64,000 bases of DNA from an uncultured Clostridium sp. (GTDB lineage: Bacteria > Bacillota > Clostridia > TANB77 > CAG-508). Positions 11,741-22,090 of this stretch are shown one piece after another. The stretch spans positions 903 through 64,902 of the forward strand of contig CAMEWM010000005.1 in the NCBI GenBank assembly GCA_945946655.1, read 5' to 3'. Both the position numbers and the translations under genes were made by a program. Under the pieces are notes generated by a model. It did not search any database. It was not told the origin of the DNA and saw nothing but the letters and a program-made list of their open reading frames with translations. Position 1 is the stretch's first letter; each line of letters opens with the position of its first letter.

Positions 11741-12379
11741 TTAGCAGTCTTTTAATAAATCTTTCCCGCCTTTTAGATACTCATATCCAGAGAATACTGT
11801 TGCTATAACAGAAATCGTTATCAATATACTTGCAATTATATTCATTATAAAATCACCAGTACTCATATATGTAAGAGCACTATTTACAAGCATTTCCTCT
11901 TCTGTCTTTGCTCTTAATACAAATGCAAAGTATGGATGATTTGTTAAGAACATACATATTATACCCAACATTTGTGTAACTGTTTTTAATTTTCCCCAAA
12001 TGTTCGCAGCTATTACTTTTCCTTCACTTTGTACTGCAATTAATCTGTAACCAGATACTACAAATTCTCTAAATATTACTATAATAGGAATCCATGCAGG
12101 CAATCTGCCCATTTCAACTAAAAGAATCATGGCAGTTACTACTAATATCTTATCTGCAATTGGATCTAGGAATTTTCCGAATGTAGTTACCTGATTGTTT
12201 TTTCTTGCAAGATAGCCATCTAGTTTATCTGTTATTGATGCTATTATAAATATTAAATTTAATATCCACATTGTAGTTGGTATTCCAAGAAAACTGCCTG
12301 GTATATCAAAAAACGATACTATAACCATTATTGGTACTAATATTATTCTAAATAAAGTTAATTTGTTTGGTAAATTCAT
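11741..12379 (-). CDS. pgsA: CDP-diacylglycerol--glycerol-3-phosphate 3-phosphatidyltransferase
   Basis: MNLPNKLTLFRIILVP plus the CDP-alcohol phosphatidyltransferase motif DKLDGYLARKNNQVTTFGKFLDPIADK. Confidence 0.9.
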   Translation of the reverse strand: MNLPNKLTLFRIILVPIMVIVSFFDIPGSFLGIPTTMWILNLIFIIASITDKLDGYLARKNNQVTTFGKFLDPIADKILVVTAMILLVEMGRLPAWIPIIVIFREFVVSGYRLIAVQSEGKVIAANIWGKLKTVTQMLGIICMFLTNHPYFAFVLRAKTEEEMLVNSALTYMSTGDFIMNIIASILITISVIATVFSGYEYLKGGKDLLKDC

Positions 12380-12567
12380 TTTTTATCTCCTTACTTTTAA
12401 TTGTTGTTAACATTATATACAATACAATAAAAAAAATAAAGAGAATTTTTTAATTTCTCCTTATTTATATATTATTATTTTCTTAGTTTTTTACATCTAT
12501 TACAAGATAACCTTGTTCTATCAGGCATTAAAAATGTTAATGTCTCATTACAATTAGAGCATAATAT

Positions 12568-12879
12568 TTAATTGCTCATACAAACTTTTTCAAAAGGTAT
12601 ACAAAATGGCAATCCTACTATTGCACCTTTATATTTACTTTTATCTAATTTAATATTTATTTTTTCACATACTTTAGTCACACTATCTTCAATATCAAAC
12701 ATAAATTTATCATAAGAGTTACTTGTATCTCCTAATAATTTACTTATAGTAGTTTCTGCTCCTTCTGGTAAATCAATTATTTTCTTAACAATATTGTAAA
12801 CGGGTTCATTCAAAAATGGATTATTTTTTCCAATCACTTCTTCAATTATTTTCTTTAATTCTTCATCTTTCATATTCAA
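12568..12879 (-). CDS. Hypothetical protein (103 aa); the frame continues past its TAA into a zinc-ribbon-like motif
   Basis: ORF with a plausible start. See the finding on the in-frame stop at 12568-12570. Confidence 0.5.
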   Translation of the reverse strand: MNMKDEELKKIIEEVIGKNNPFLNEPVYNIVKKIIDLPEGAETTISKLLGDTSNSYDKFMFDIEDSVTKVCEKINIKLDKSKYKGAIVGLPFCIPFEKVCMSN

Positions 12880-13095
12880 AACCTCTCATCTTTTATAATT
12901 TAATTCCATCTATATCCATCATAGTCTGTTGTTGAACAAGGACCTTCCTTTTATAATAATTCTCCAAAAATATGTATTTTCCTTTGTGTATATAACTTTT
13001 TATTTCAATTTTATATTATAAAATCGAAAAAGATAAAAACTGTAACACATTGTATCTTTTATTAATATCTTATAAAGAAAGAATTATAGAAAGGA

Positions 13096-13818
13096 ATGAA
13101 ATTAATTATGAATCCTATTTTATATGTTATAAGACCTGGGGATACGCTGTTCAACTTAGCTAATAAATTTGGTGTAACTGTTCAGGATATAATAAACTCC
13201 AATTTAGCTTTAGACCCATATAATTTACGTGTCGGCCAACAAATATATATTTATCCTCGACTTACATCTAATTATTGGTGGAGCATTCGCCAAGTAGATT
13301 TATTAAAAAGAATGAATTTAGCTTGGGAGCAACATATCATGTGGACTCGTATGCTTTTAATTAGCATTGCAGATAATTTGAAGGACCTAGATGCAACTGA
13401 AAAACGCTTATTACAAAATCCTAAAGATATTGCTGATATTTTTAGAAAGTATTATGGTAATGCCTTTGCTAATAGAATTGAAAATTTATTAACAGAACAT
13501 CTGACAATTGGAAAAAATTTAATTGTTGCTCTAAAAAATAACAATCAAAAGTTAGCCAAAGAATTAACTGATAATTGGTATAAAAACGCAGATGATATGG
13601 CAGAAGCTTTTAGTAGTATTAATCCATTTTATTCAAAAGAAAAAGTACGAGATATGTTATATGACCATTTAGAATTGACAACAGACGAAGTAACTGCCCG
13701 CTTAAGAAAAGATTATTCTGCAGACATAGAAGCCTTTGATAATGTACAACAAGAGGTATTAAAAATGTCACAATATTTTGTAGAAGGAATTTTTAAACAG
13801 TTTTCCAACTTATTTTAA
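13096..13818 (+). CDS. LysM domain protein
   Basis: The N-terminal LysM motif is YVIRPGDTLFNLANKFGVTVQDIINSNLALDPYNLRVGQQIYI. The exact start (13096 or 13108) is ambiguous. Confidence 0.75.
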   Translation: MKLIMNPILYVIRPGDTLFNLANKFGVTVQDIINSNLALDPYNLRVGQQIYIYPRLTSNYWWSIRQVDLLKRMNLAWEQHIMWTRMLLISIADNLKDLDATEKRLLQNPKDIADIFRKYYGNAFANRIENLLTEHLTIGKNLIVALKNNNQKLAKELTDNWYKNADDMAEAFSSINPFYSKEKVRDMLYDHLELTTDEVTARLRKDYSADIEAFDNVQQEVLKMSQYFVEGIFKQFSNLF

Positions 13819-13872
13819 TATTTTAATATAAAAAAATAAAGGAGATGCTTTCCATTTCCTTTAATTTTTTTA

Positions 13873-14073
13873 TTATTGAATTCCATATTTCTTTTTGAAT
13901 TTATCAGCTCTACCACCGGTTGTTTCTCTCTTTAGATTTCCTGTCCAGAATGGATGGCATTTTGAGCAAACATCAACTTTAATATCTTTCTTTGTTGATC
14001 CTGCTTTTATAACATTACCACATGCACATGTGATTGTTGTTTCTGCATAGTTTGGATGTATTCCTTCTTTCAT
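13873..14073 (-). CDS. rpmE: 50S ribosomal protein L31
   Basis: [20 protein letters not shown]...[10 protein letters not shown]. The start is placed at the ATG 6 nt after GGAGAGGTG; the track ORF starts 3 codons earlier at GTG. Confidence 0.95.
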   Translation of the reverse strand: MKEGIHPNYAETTITCACGNVIKAGSTKKDIKVDVCSKCHPFWTGNLKRETTGGRADKFKKKYGIQ

Positions 14074-14166
14074 TGTATTCACCTCTCCCTTTTTTTATAA
14101 AAACTGCTAAATATTATAATAACACAATTTTATTATATTTTCAAGTATTTATTTATTATTTTTATT

Positions 14167-14328
14167 TTATATTGAATTTTCTTCGTTTACTTTTTGTTCT
14201 TCCATATATTGTGCAGCACCTTCTAGTTCATCTTTTAATGAATATCTTTTTACTATTTTTGATACTACATTAAATAAACATGCCAATATTAGAATAACAA
14301 GCAATAATTTTTTCCAAATTTTAGACAT
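14167..14328 (-). CDS. Small predicted membrane protein (53 aa, below the track cutoff)
   Basis: MSKIWKKLLLVILILACLFNVVSKIVKRYSLKDELEGAAQYMEEQKVNEENSI. The SD GGGAG lies 9 nt upstream, and there is one TM helix followed by an acidic tail. Confidence 0.4.
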   Translation of the reverse strand: MSKIWKKLLLVILILACLFNVVSKIVKRYSLKDELEGAAQYMEEQKVNEENSI

Positions 14329-14440
14329 TTTATTTTTCTCCCAAATAAAAACTATACTATTATTATACTATATTTATGATTTTTGTCAACTAGTATATAT
14401 CTAAAAAAATTGAACATACTATTTATAGAGGTGTAAATTT

Positions 14441-15142
14441 ATGAGTGAGAGAAATAAAAAAACTGTATATATATGGATTGTTATCTTTATAATTATTATT
14501 GTGGCATTATTATTGTTTATATTTAACAATAAAATATTTCATCAAAATGAAAATAACAATACTAATGATTCAAAAAATAATGTAGCAAGATTAGCTCAAG
14601 AATCTAATATTTTAGGAAATAATGAGAAAATTAATGAAGTTAATAATCGAATTGAAAATGTTTTAACAAGTTCTCAGCAAACTCCAAAAGAAGAAGAAAT
14701 TGCTTCTTATTCCACTAAACTTGGTGGAAGCACAGAAAATCGATTAACCAATATTAAAATTACTTGTAATAAATTAAATGGAACAACTGTAAACAACAAT
14801 GATACATTCTCTTTTTGTCAAACCACTGGACCTTCTACAGCTGAAGAAGGCTATAAAGAAGCAACAGTATTTTTAGACGGTAAAAAAGTTCAAGCTTTGG
14901 GAGGTGGCAATTGTCAAATTAGTAGTACCCTATACAATGCTGTTCTTTCTGTTCCGGATCTCAAAGTTATAGAACGCCATGAACATGGTAGAGATGTTTC
15001 TTATGTTCCAGATGGAAAAGATGCAGCAGTTTCTTATGGCTCTATTGATTTTAAGTTCAAAAATAATACTGGAAAGGAAATAAAATTATATTTTAGTACC
15101 GATGACATTACTCTAAATGTAAGAATTGTAAAATTAATTTAA
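14441..15142 (+). CDS. VanW family protein
   Basis: N-terminal TM helix and the VanW core GGGNCQISSTLYNAVL...ERHEHGRDVSYVPDGKDAAV. Confidence 0.85.
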   Translation: MSERNKKTVYIWIVIFIIIIVALLLFIFNNKIFHQNENNNTNDSKNNVARLAQESNILGNNEKINEVNNRIENVLTSSQQTPKEEEIASYSTKLGGSTENRLTNIKITCNKLNGTTVNNNDTFSFCQTTGPSTAEEGYKEATVFLDGKKVQALGGGNCQISSTLYNAVLSVPDLKVIERHEHGRDVSYVPDGKDAAVSYGSIDFKFKNNTGKEIKLYFSTDDITLNVRIVKLI

Positions 15143-15203
15143 ACGTTGCATATTTTCTCCCCATTAGAATATTATTTAATAATATTTGGCGAGGAGGATT
15201 TTT

Positions 15204-16490
15204 ATGGATTTTTATAAATACAAGAATAATTTCAAGCATATTTCATATAGATTATTAATATTTTTTCTATGTTTTTTTGTATTATTTTTTATTAACCACT
15301 ATACTTTTGCAGATACTAACAATACTACATATGTATGGTCTAATCAGTCAAATAAACTTGAAACAACCGAGACTAGCTCAAGCATATTAAATTCATCATC
15401 AGAAACAATTACCGATAACTCTTTAGGGCTAGATTGTGGCGCAGCTTGTCTTATCGAGCAAAATACTGGTCTAGTGATATATGACTATAATATGCATGAA
15501 CAATTGCGACCAGCAAGTGTTACAAAAATAATGAGCCTATTGTTAATAATGGAGGCCTTAGACTCTGGAATAATTAACTTAGATGATAAAATTCCATGTA
15601 CTGAAGATGCAGCTTCAATGGGCGGTTCTCAAATTTGGCTAGATGTAAGAGAAACATTAACTGTTGATGAGATGTTAAAAGCAATTTGCGTAGTATCTGC
15701 AAATGATTGTGTTGTTGCAATGGCAGATTATCTAGAAGGAAGTCAAGAAGCTTTTGTAAAGAAAATGAACCAGAAAGCACAAGAATTAGGAATGAATGAT
15801 ACCTGCTTTAAAAATTGTCATGGAATTGATGAGGATGGTCATGTTACATCTGCATATGATATTGCGATAATGTCTAGAGAATTGTTAGTAAATCATCCAT
15901 CCATTACAAGATATACTACAATCTGGATGGATTCATTACGAGATGGAAAATCCAGCTTAGTAAATACCAATAAATTAGTAAGAAATTATAATGGATGCAC
16001 AGGTCTAAAAACTGGTTCTACATCTTTAGCCCTTTACAATCTTTCTGCTTCTGCTACTAGAAATAACTTATCATTAATTGGCGTAATTCTTAAAGCCCCT
16101 AATACAAAAATCAGATTTGCCAATGCTCAAAAACTTTTAGATTATGGTTTTAGCAATTATTCAGTCAAATCTTTTGGTAAAAAAGGAGATATCATAAAAA
16201 GCATAAAAGTAACAAAAGGAACTTTACAAACTATTGATGCAGTTCTTGAATCTGATGCTGATATTCTTACATCCAATCGCAATAACAGTGAAATAACACA
16301 GGAAATTATATTAGATGATACTGTTTCTGCTCCAATTTTAGAAAATCAAAAATTAGGTGAAATAAAATTTAGCACAAACGGAAATGTAGTCTCTTCTGTT
16401 AATTTGATAGCAAATACAAAAGTAGATAAATTAAGTTTTCTCAATATAACAAAGACAATACTATCAACATGGCTCAATTTGTGTAGATAG
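15204..16490 (+). CDS. D-alanyl-D-alanine carboxypeptidase (PBP5/DacF-like, S11)
   Basis: Contains SVTKIM (SxxK), SANDC (SxN) and KTGST (KTG) motifs. The start is placed at the ATG 8 nt after GAGGAGG; the track ORF begins at an upstream TTG. Confidence 0.9.
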   Translation: MDFYKYKNNFKHISYRLLIFFLCFFVLFFINHYTFADTNNTTYVWSNQSNKLETTETSSSILNSSSETITDNSLGLDCGAACLIEQNTGLVIYDYNMHEQLRPASVTKIMSLLLIMEALDSGIINLDDKIPCTEDAASMGGSQIWLDVRETLTVDEMLKAICVVSANDCVVAMADYLEGSQEAFVKKMNQKAQELGMNDTCFKNCHGIDEDGHVTSAYDIAIMSRELLVNHPSITRYTTIWMDSLRDGKSSLVNTNKLVRNYNGCTGLKTGSTSLALYNLSASATRNNLSLIGVILKAPNTKIRFANAQKLLDYGFSNYSVKSFGKKGDIIKSIKVTKGTLQTIDAVLESDADILTSNRNNSEITQEIILDDTVSAPILENQKLGEIKFSTNGNVVSSVNLIANTKVDKLSFLNITKTILSTWLNLCR

Positions 16491-16502
16491 CTCAAACTCC
16501 AA

Positions 16503-16536
16503 AAGAGAGCTTCTTTTATAAAGTTAGCTCTCTCTT
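16503..16536. terminator. Bidirectional hairpin terminator between convergent genes
   Basis: aagagagct ... agctctctt stem flanked by A and T runs. Confidence 0.6.
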
Positions 16537-16558
16537 TCTGTTCAGTTTTTATTTAAAT

Positions 16559-17425
16559 TTATTTTAATCTAAACTTATCACTTATTTTAAAGTAATATGG
16601 CTGTATGTCTGTTAATATATCTTTTATCCAAACTATATTCCCGTCTTTGTCCTCAAATTTAATGTTTGGAAATGTTTTTAATATTTTTTCGTTTGAGAAA
16701 ATATTATTTGATAGGAATTTAATAACATTATATTCCATAACTTCATCACTTACAATTAGCGCATTTTCTCCTTTTATTTGCAAATTATTTTCTTTAATTA
16801 GTCTTGTGTAAAAAACTTTTAATCCTAAAGCAGTAATTAGTAAATCCAGTATTAAAAATATTGTAAGGCTTATTGTTAAGATGTCGAACCATTTTTTTGA
16901 TAGTTTATTTATTCCTCTTTCTATATATGGATTTATAAATCTCATTAATACTAAAGCAAGTAATCCCCAAAAAATCGAAAATGTTAATGTTATTCTACCA
17001 TTTATGTTAAATGGCATATTAGAATAATCCCACCATTTTATTTTGAATATTATTTCTCCTATCCAGCTTATAATGTATTCTATAACAGATCCTTCTATGG
17101 CTCCAGCTATAAAAATTCCCCAATTGCTTTTTTTAAATTTTTGTAATCCCGGAATCATTATAGCAGCTCCTAAGCCATATATACAGCAGAATGGTCCAAA
17201 CAAGCAACTTTTTCTACTCTCTACTACTCCTTTAGTAAGTATCCCAAATATTGTCTCTACTATAAATCCTAAAAAGCTATAAATAACAAAATATGCTAAT
17301 TCTCTTTTAAATGTTATTTTTACAACTTGATCTGCTATTATTATTTTGTCTTGTATCTTATCATTTTCTACTTTAATTATTTTCCCTGTTATTTCTTCTT
17401 TTGATGTAGTTTTATTTTCATTCAT
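16559..17425 (-). CDS. Polytopic membrane protein, putative ABC-transporter type IV (CmpB/PF06541-like)
   Basis: FVIYSFLGFIVETIFGILTKGVVESRKSCLFGPFCCIYGLGAAIM resembles that family. Its start is only 15 nt after the stop of the 588-aa gene. Confidence 0.6.
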   Translation of the reverse strand: MNENKTTSKEEITGKIIKVENDKIQDKIIIADQVVKITFKRELAYFVIYSFLGFIVETIFGILTKGVVESRKSCLFGPFCCIYGLGAAIMIPGLQKFKKSNWGIFIAGAIEGSVIEYIISWIGEIIFKIKWWDYSNMPFNINGRITLTFSIFWGLLALVLMRFINPYIERGINKLSKKWFDILTISLTIFLILDLLITALGLKVFYTRLIKENNLQIKGENALIVSDEVMEYNVIKFLSNNIFSNEKILKTFPNIKFEDKDGNIVWIKDILTDIQPYYFKISDKFRLK

Positions 17426-17439
17426 TAGCTTTCTCCATT

Positions 17440-19206
17440 TTAATATCCAAAGTATCCATTAGTTACATATAAATTATATCTTGATCTTGCTAATGCTGTT
17501 AAATACCATTGTCTCAAATTTGTACCTCCAAGATTCTTTATATCAACTGAATTTCCATTCTTATCTTTTACCGTATTAGCAATTATGTCATCGGTACTAT
17601 ATGTCTCGGATACAGTTCCTATACAGTCATAGCAAGGAGTATATGCTTCAGGATAATAATATGCATAACTACCTGAATCTGTACCTAATAATTGACTATG
17701 TGCATTTGAATCTTCTCCTGTTATTGAAACAGTTTTTCTTTCAAATTCACTACTTGGATATGCTCCATTAATTGTTACAGAATTATTTTTTAGATTTTCT
17801 ATTAACTTTAAGCATCCCGGTTTATGATACTCTCCATTACTATCAATAATGTATATAGAGTCATTTCCTACAGTTTCCTGATTTGTGTTATTTGAAACAA
17901 TACAATAATTATTATACACTTTAGTTCCAATAGGAATTCCTTCTAAGAAGGTTAGCATGCATACATTGTTCTCTAATTTATACCACTCTGTCTCATCTAA
18001 TTGTGGCATTGAGAATTCATAGCCAATAACAGTATGATTAGTAAAAGTTGCAAGAGCAGACATCAAGTTTGTCTCTATTGATTTTCTTATTACATTCATT
18101 CTATGTTCATTAAATACAGAATCCGACTTTAGAGGATTATTAGTACTACTTATATCAAATATTTTTTCGTTCTTTATATCTGATGCAAAGGATATTTTAT
18201 TTCCATCTGTATCACGTGCATCGTCCGGAGTAATATCTTTTAAATAGTTAACTACCCAATCTGTAAAACTAATAGGATTGCCATTAAAGTCTGTTGTCAT
18301 ATTATCCAATGACTCAGCATAGTATTTTGTTGCACTATCACTATATAAGCATAATTGTCCATTAATTGTGATTAAATGATTATTCAAATATTCTATTGTT
18401 GCAACATCTGTTACATAGTCTTTTTTGTATTCACTACTATAGTAAAAATATCTTGTTCTTCCCTGTGCTCCTGTATCATTTATATCTCCAGAAAAAGCAT
18501 TTGGGTTGTTATCTTTATATATTTTTTGGCTATTATAAACTATATATTGAAATTTTTCCGTAGTGGGATTTACATTTACATCATCATTTAAAATTATTAA
18601 ATTCTCTTCTAACACTTCATTTGCAATAACATTTCTATCTACATCAGATAATAAATGTCCAGTCTTTACCACGTAATGTCCTTGAATTGTTCCTATTATA
18701 GTTATTGTATTATCTAATGTATAATTTACAACAAAATCAGTATTAGTACCTTTAACATATCTACAAGAATAATATATAAATGGTTTTAGACCATACCTGT
18801 ATCCTCCTTCGGCAACGTCATCTCCATCAGCATCATATTGTGTGTCAAAATAGTTAGAGTACACATAATATCCATCATATAAAGTAAATAATATTGCTGG
18901 CACATATGGCTTTAGATCTTCTTGACTATATCCAGAAGCGCCTAAATTAGTTGCAAGTGAACTAAAAAAAACATTAACGGACGCTTCTATATCTCTTATT
19001 TTAGAGTTTGAAATTGTAGAATACATATTATTTGCAGTATTTAGTTGAAATGCTTTAACTCCATCATAAGTGGCATTTATTAGAATATTATTATATTTTG
19101 TCTGATTCTCTATAGTTTTTATATGTGCATTAATATATGCTGATAATACTAATGATATTGGAACTATGATTATAACAAAAATTATAATTATATGTTGTAG
19201 TTTCAT
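17440..19206 (-). CDS. Large N-terminally anchored extracytoplasmic protein, last gene of the Tad-like cluster
   Basis: 588 aa. The TM anchor is MKLQHIIIIFVIIIVPISLVLSAY, followed by an Asn/Tyr/Thr-rich soluble part with scattered Cys. No family recognised. Confidence 0.65.
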   Translation of the reverse strand: MKLQHIIIIFVIIIVPISLVLSAYINAHIKTIENQTKYNNILINATYDGVKAFQLNTANNMYSTISNSKIRDIEASVNVFFSSLATNLGASGYSQEDLKPYVPAILFTLYDGYYVYSNYFDTQYDADGDDVAEGGYRYGLKPFIYYSCRYVKGTNTDFVVNYTLDNTITIIGTIQGHYVVKTGHLLSDVDRNVIANEVLEENLIILNDDVNVNPTTEKFQYIVYNSQKIYKDNNPNAFSGDINDTGAQGRTRYFYYSSEYKKDYVTDVATIEYLNNHLITINGQLCLYSDSATKYYAESLDNMTTDFNGNPISFTDWVVNYLKDITPDDARDTDGNKISFASDIKNEKIFDISSTNNPLKSDSVFNEHRMNVIRKSIETNLMSALATFTNHTVIGYEFSMPQLDETEWYKLENNVCMLTFLEGIPIGTKVYNNYCIVSNNTNQETVGNDSIYIIDSNGEYHKPGCLKLIENLKNNSVTINGAYPSSEFERKTVSITGEDSNAHSQLLGTDSGSYAYYYPEAYTPCYDCIGTVSETYSTDDIIANTVKDKNGNSVDIKNLGGTNLRQWYLTALARSRYNLYVTNGYFGY

Positions 19207-19287
19207 TATATTTTACCTTTCTATGAAAAAAGCAGCCTAGAACCAATTTTAAATAGTCCATAGAGCTGCCATAATTCTTATAAAAAT

Positions 19288-19821
19288 CTATTTTGTACCA
19301 TTTACAGTAACTATTCCTGCATGTTGTGCAGCAATTTGATATGTATCATTTCCTGCAATTCTGTACAAGAAATTTCTTAATATTTGAGCTATTGTAGTAT
19401 TAGTATTTTTTACTACAACAGAAAATCTATCTCCTTCTTTTAGGGTTAATCTATTGCTAGTTGAATCATTAGTTAAAATATTTTCTAACTGACTAGTATA
19501 TAGATTGTAATATACATTTTCCCCAATCTTCGTAGTTTCTGCTTGTGTAGTTTTTACTCCTGGATTTTCATCCAATATTTGAGCTTGCATTTCTACGTCA
19601 AAAGAGTTTCCTGTCGAAGTTATTGTTTGCATAAATTTATCATAATCATCTAATGTTAATTTACCTGTAGTCCTAACTTTATCTACAAATTCAGTAGTAG
19701 CTGTTTGTACTGATAATTGAGATACATCATCAGTTCTTTCAGAAATTGACATTAAAGGAAAAATAAACATTAGTATAGCTGCTAAAAATATTGCAATAAC
19801 TGTAATTAAACTATCTCCCAT
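19288..19821 (-). CDS. TM-anchored hypothetical protein of the Tad-like cluster (177 aa)
   Basis: The N-terminus MGDSLITVIAIFLAAILMFIFPL is followed by a Thr-rich soluble domain. Confidence 0.6.
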   Translation of the reverse strand: MGDSLITVIAIFLAAILMFIFPLMSISERTDDVSQLSVQTATTEFVDKVRTTGKLTLDDYDKFMQTITSTGNSFDVEMQAQILDENPGVKTTQAETTKIGENVYYNLYTSQLENILTNDSTSNRLTLKEGDRFSVVVKNTNTTIAQILRNFLYRIAGNDTYQIAAQHAGIVTVNGTK

Positions 19822-19862
19822 TTTTATATTTCCTTTCTATATTTATTTAATATACTATTTCT

Positions 19863-20561
19863 TTAGTTTATTAAAATATAAGTAATTATTCTTTTCTTAG
19901 TTGTTTTATTTCCTATAACTGGATCATCAGTACTTGTAGTCGTAACAACCTCACCTATCTGCTCTACAAATTTGTTAGTTCTTTTACTTAAAGGATTATT
20001 CGAATAATCAATAGTCCTTCCATTATATTGTGGTAATGAGTATGTTCCACCACTAAAAATTGCATCTAAGTGTAACTTTATCTGCTCTGAGTTACCAACC
20101 CAAGGCTCATTTCTTTGGGTTTCTTCTACAATGTCAAAAGAGCAAATACTCATCTCATTATAAGTGCTATTATAGGTAGTTCTTCCATCAAAATCATTAG
20201 TATAATTCTTACTCCAATTAGCTCTTATTGATTCTGTTTCATATATGGAAAGAGGTACTACATTGGTTAGCTCTCCAGTAGAAGAATCATAATTTCCCTT
20301 CTTAAATGTAACTTTATATCTTTCTTTATCATATTTATATAAGGTTGGTATAATGGTTTCATATCCTACAATCCTATTACCTGACGGATCTTCTGGTAAA
20401 TCGTATCTTGTATAGTCATAATATGCTGTCTCGTCTGCACTCTGCAAAACCATCTCAGCTGTTGCTCTAGCCTTCGAGAAGAAAGCAATTGAGAGCGATA
20501 GTGCCAGTGTCAGTAACATAACAGCAAATGCCATTTTTAAAGCTTCTACTGCATTTTCCAT
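19863..20561 (-). CDS. MENA-helix pilin-like paralog D (232 aa)
   Basis: MENAVEALKMAFAVMLLTLALSLSIAFF N-terminus shared with three neighbours. Confidence 0.7.
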   Translation of the reverse strand: MENAVEALKMAFAVMLLTLALSLSIAFFSKARATAEMVLQSADETAYYDYTRYDLPEDPSGNRIVGYETIIPTLYKYDKERYKVTFKKGNYDSSTGELTNVVPLSIYETESIRANWSKNYTNDFDGRTTYNSTYNEMSICSFDIVEETQRNEPWVGNSEQIKLHLDAIFSGGTYSLPQYNGRTIDYSNNPLSKRTNKFVEQIGEVVTTTSTDDPVIGNKTTKKRIITYILIN

Positions 20562-20575
20562 AATTTATATTCCTA

Positions 20576-21004
20576 CTATTTTGTTCTTATATTGCAAGCT
20601 GTTATATATCCTGAATTTGGATCAGTTGCGAAAGTAACCATATATGTTGATCCTGATTGTATTGTATTAGCTGGTAATGTAACTGCTGCAGTTGACGCTG
20701 CTTGTGTTGCTCCAGCTGCAAAATCTGTACCACCTATTGTTAATGTAATTTGTAGTGTTGGGTCATCTATATTTGCATTATTATGACTTCTTATTAAGTT
20801 ATATAATGCTTTTGCGTTGACTCCTGATTGTGTGTTTTCATATTGTTCGAATTCACTATTGTAAGCTGAAACCTTTTGTGGATCTAAATTAGCTCCATTC
20901 ATTGCTCCTGCTGCTTGGTTGTATATAAACATACCTAAACCTATAATTAAAATTGATAATAATATAGCTCCTGCTATAATTAATGCTTTACTTGCATTCT
21001 CCAT
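20576..21004 (-). CDS. MENA-helix pilin-like paralog C (142 aa; candidate major subunit)
   Basis: The N-terminus is MENASKALIIAGAILLSILIIGLGMFIY and the body is Ala/Thr/Gly-rich. A strong SD (AAGGAGGAAAAAATT) precedes the ATG. Confidence 0.72.
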   Translation of the reverse strand: MENASKALIIAGAILLSILIIGLGMFIYNQAAGAMNGANLDPQKVSAYNSEFEQYENTQSGVNAKALYNLIRSHNNANIDDPTLQITLTIGGTDFAAGATQAASTAAVTLPANTIQSGSTYMVTFATDPNSGYITACNIRTK

Positions 21005-21068
21005 AATTTTTTCCTCCTTAGATTTGTTTTATTTATTTAATAAAATTATAAAATATTAATAACATGAA

Positions 21069-21506
21069 TTATATTTGTTCAAAGTACAAGTATCTTACAT
21101 TATTAGTTTTTTTATGATACTCAATTTTTGTACATTTGAAATTTAATGCTCCATAGTTCTGCCAAAATTGTTGCATTCCTACTTCATTTATTCTTTCCAT
21201 AGTAATAATCTGGTCTAATTCTTTGAATTTTATATCTATTTTTATAGAGTTTTCATCGTTTTCTATGTAATTACCTTTTTCGTCTTTTTCCACAGAGTTT
21301 TTTTCGTTACTATCGACTGCTTTATTTATTATAGATATAACATCAGTTCCCAGAACTTGTTGATTATAAAAACTTTCATATGCTTTATTTTCTATAGAAG
21401 ACTTAGATATAGACGTTCTTCTATTATATATTCCATAGCCTATGACTACTATTATTACTAAGAATATTGTTAATATTAAAATTACATTTTTCTTCATAAT
21501 ATTCAT
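21069..21506 (-). CDS. TM-anchored protein sharing the C-terminal FKCT module of the MENA family (145 aa)
   Basis: N-terminal anchor KKNVILILTIFLVIIVVIGYGIY and C-terminus NFKCTKIEYHKKTNNVRYLYFEQI. Confidence 0.65.
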   Translation of the reverse strand: MNIMKKNVILILTIFLVIIVVIGYGIYNRRTSISKSSIENKAYESFYNQQVLGTDVISIINKAVDSNEKNSVEKDEKGNYIENDENSIKIDIKFKELDQIITMERINEVGMQQFWQNYGALNFKCTKIEYHKKTNNVRYLYFEQI

Positions 21507-21560
21507 TCTTTCTTAATTATAACATTTAAGATTTTAATATGCAATAATTTATTTCGATTT

Positions 21561-22073
21561 TTATAATTGCTCAAAAGTAACACTACATACTCTTTTAGTA
21601 TCGGGATTTATAATTATATTGGTACATTTAAAATAAATAATATTATAACTTCCTCCACTCAATTCTCCTGAATATTGTTTTAGAAATTCCTTATAATCAT
21701 TCAAAGAACTCGCTTCAAAATTATTTGTGGTATGTGCTCCTTGTTTTACAATTACTTTTACATAATAGTATCCTTTACTTTCATCAGCAGTAGTATAATC
21801 ATATTTACTATTGTTTTCTTTTGCTAGATTTGCTATAGTGACTACATCCTGAGCTCTACATGTATTTTTCCATTCTCCACTTGTTTCATCTTTATAGCTT
21901 TCATATTTTATGAATTGTGCATTGAATTCATCTATATCTTTTTGCGTTAATTCTTTAGTCATATCTGCACTAAAATTGCCAAAGACAGTGAATAAATATA
22001 CTCCTAAAGATAGTAACAATACACCAACCAATACTGTTGCAGCCATTAATAAAGCTTTACTTGCATTTTCCAC
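21561..22073 (-). CDS. MENA-helix pilin-like paralog B (170 aa, GTG start)
   Basis: (M)ENASKALLMAATVLVGVLLLSLGVYLF N-terminus. The GTG lies 8 nt after AGGAGGA, and the C-terminus is YFKCTNIIINPDTKRVCSVTFEQL. Confidence 0.72.
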   Translation of the reverse strand: MENASKALLMAATVLVGVLLLSLGVYLFTVFGNFSADMTKELTQKDIDEFNAQFIKYESYKDETSGEWKNTCRAQDVVTIANLAKENNSKYDYTTADESKGYYYVKVIVKQGAHTTNNFEASSLNDYKEFLKQYSGELSGGSYNIIYFKCTNIIINPDTKRVCSVTFEQL

Positions 22074-22090
22074 TATCTTCTCCTCCTAAA

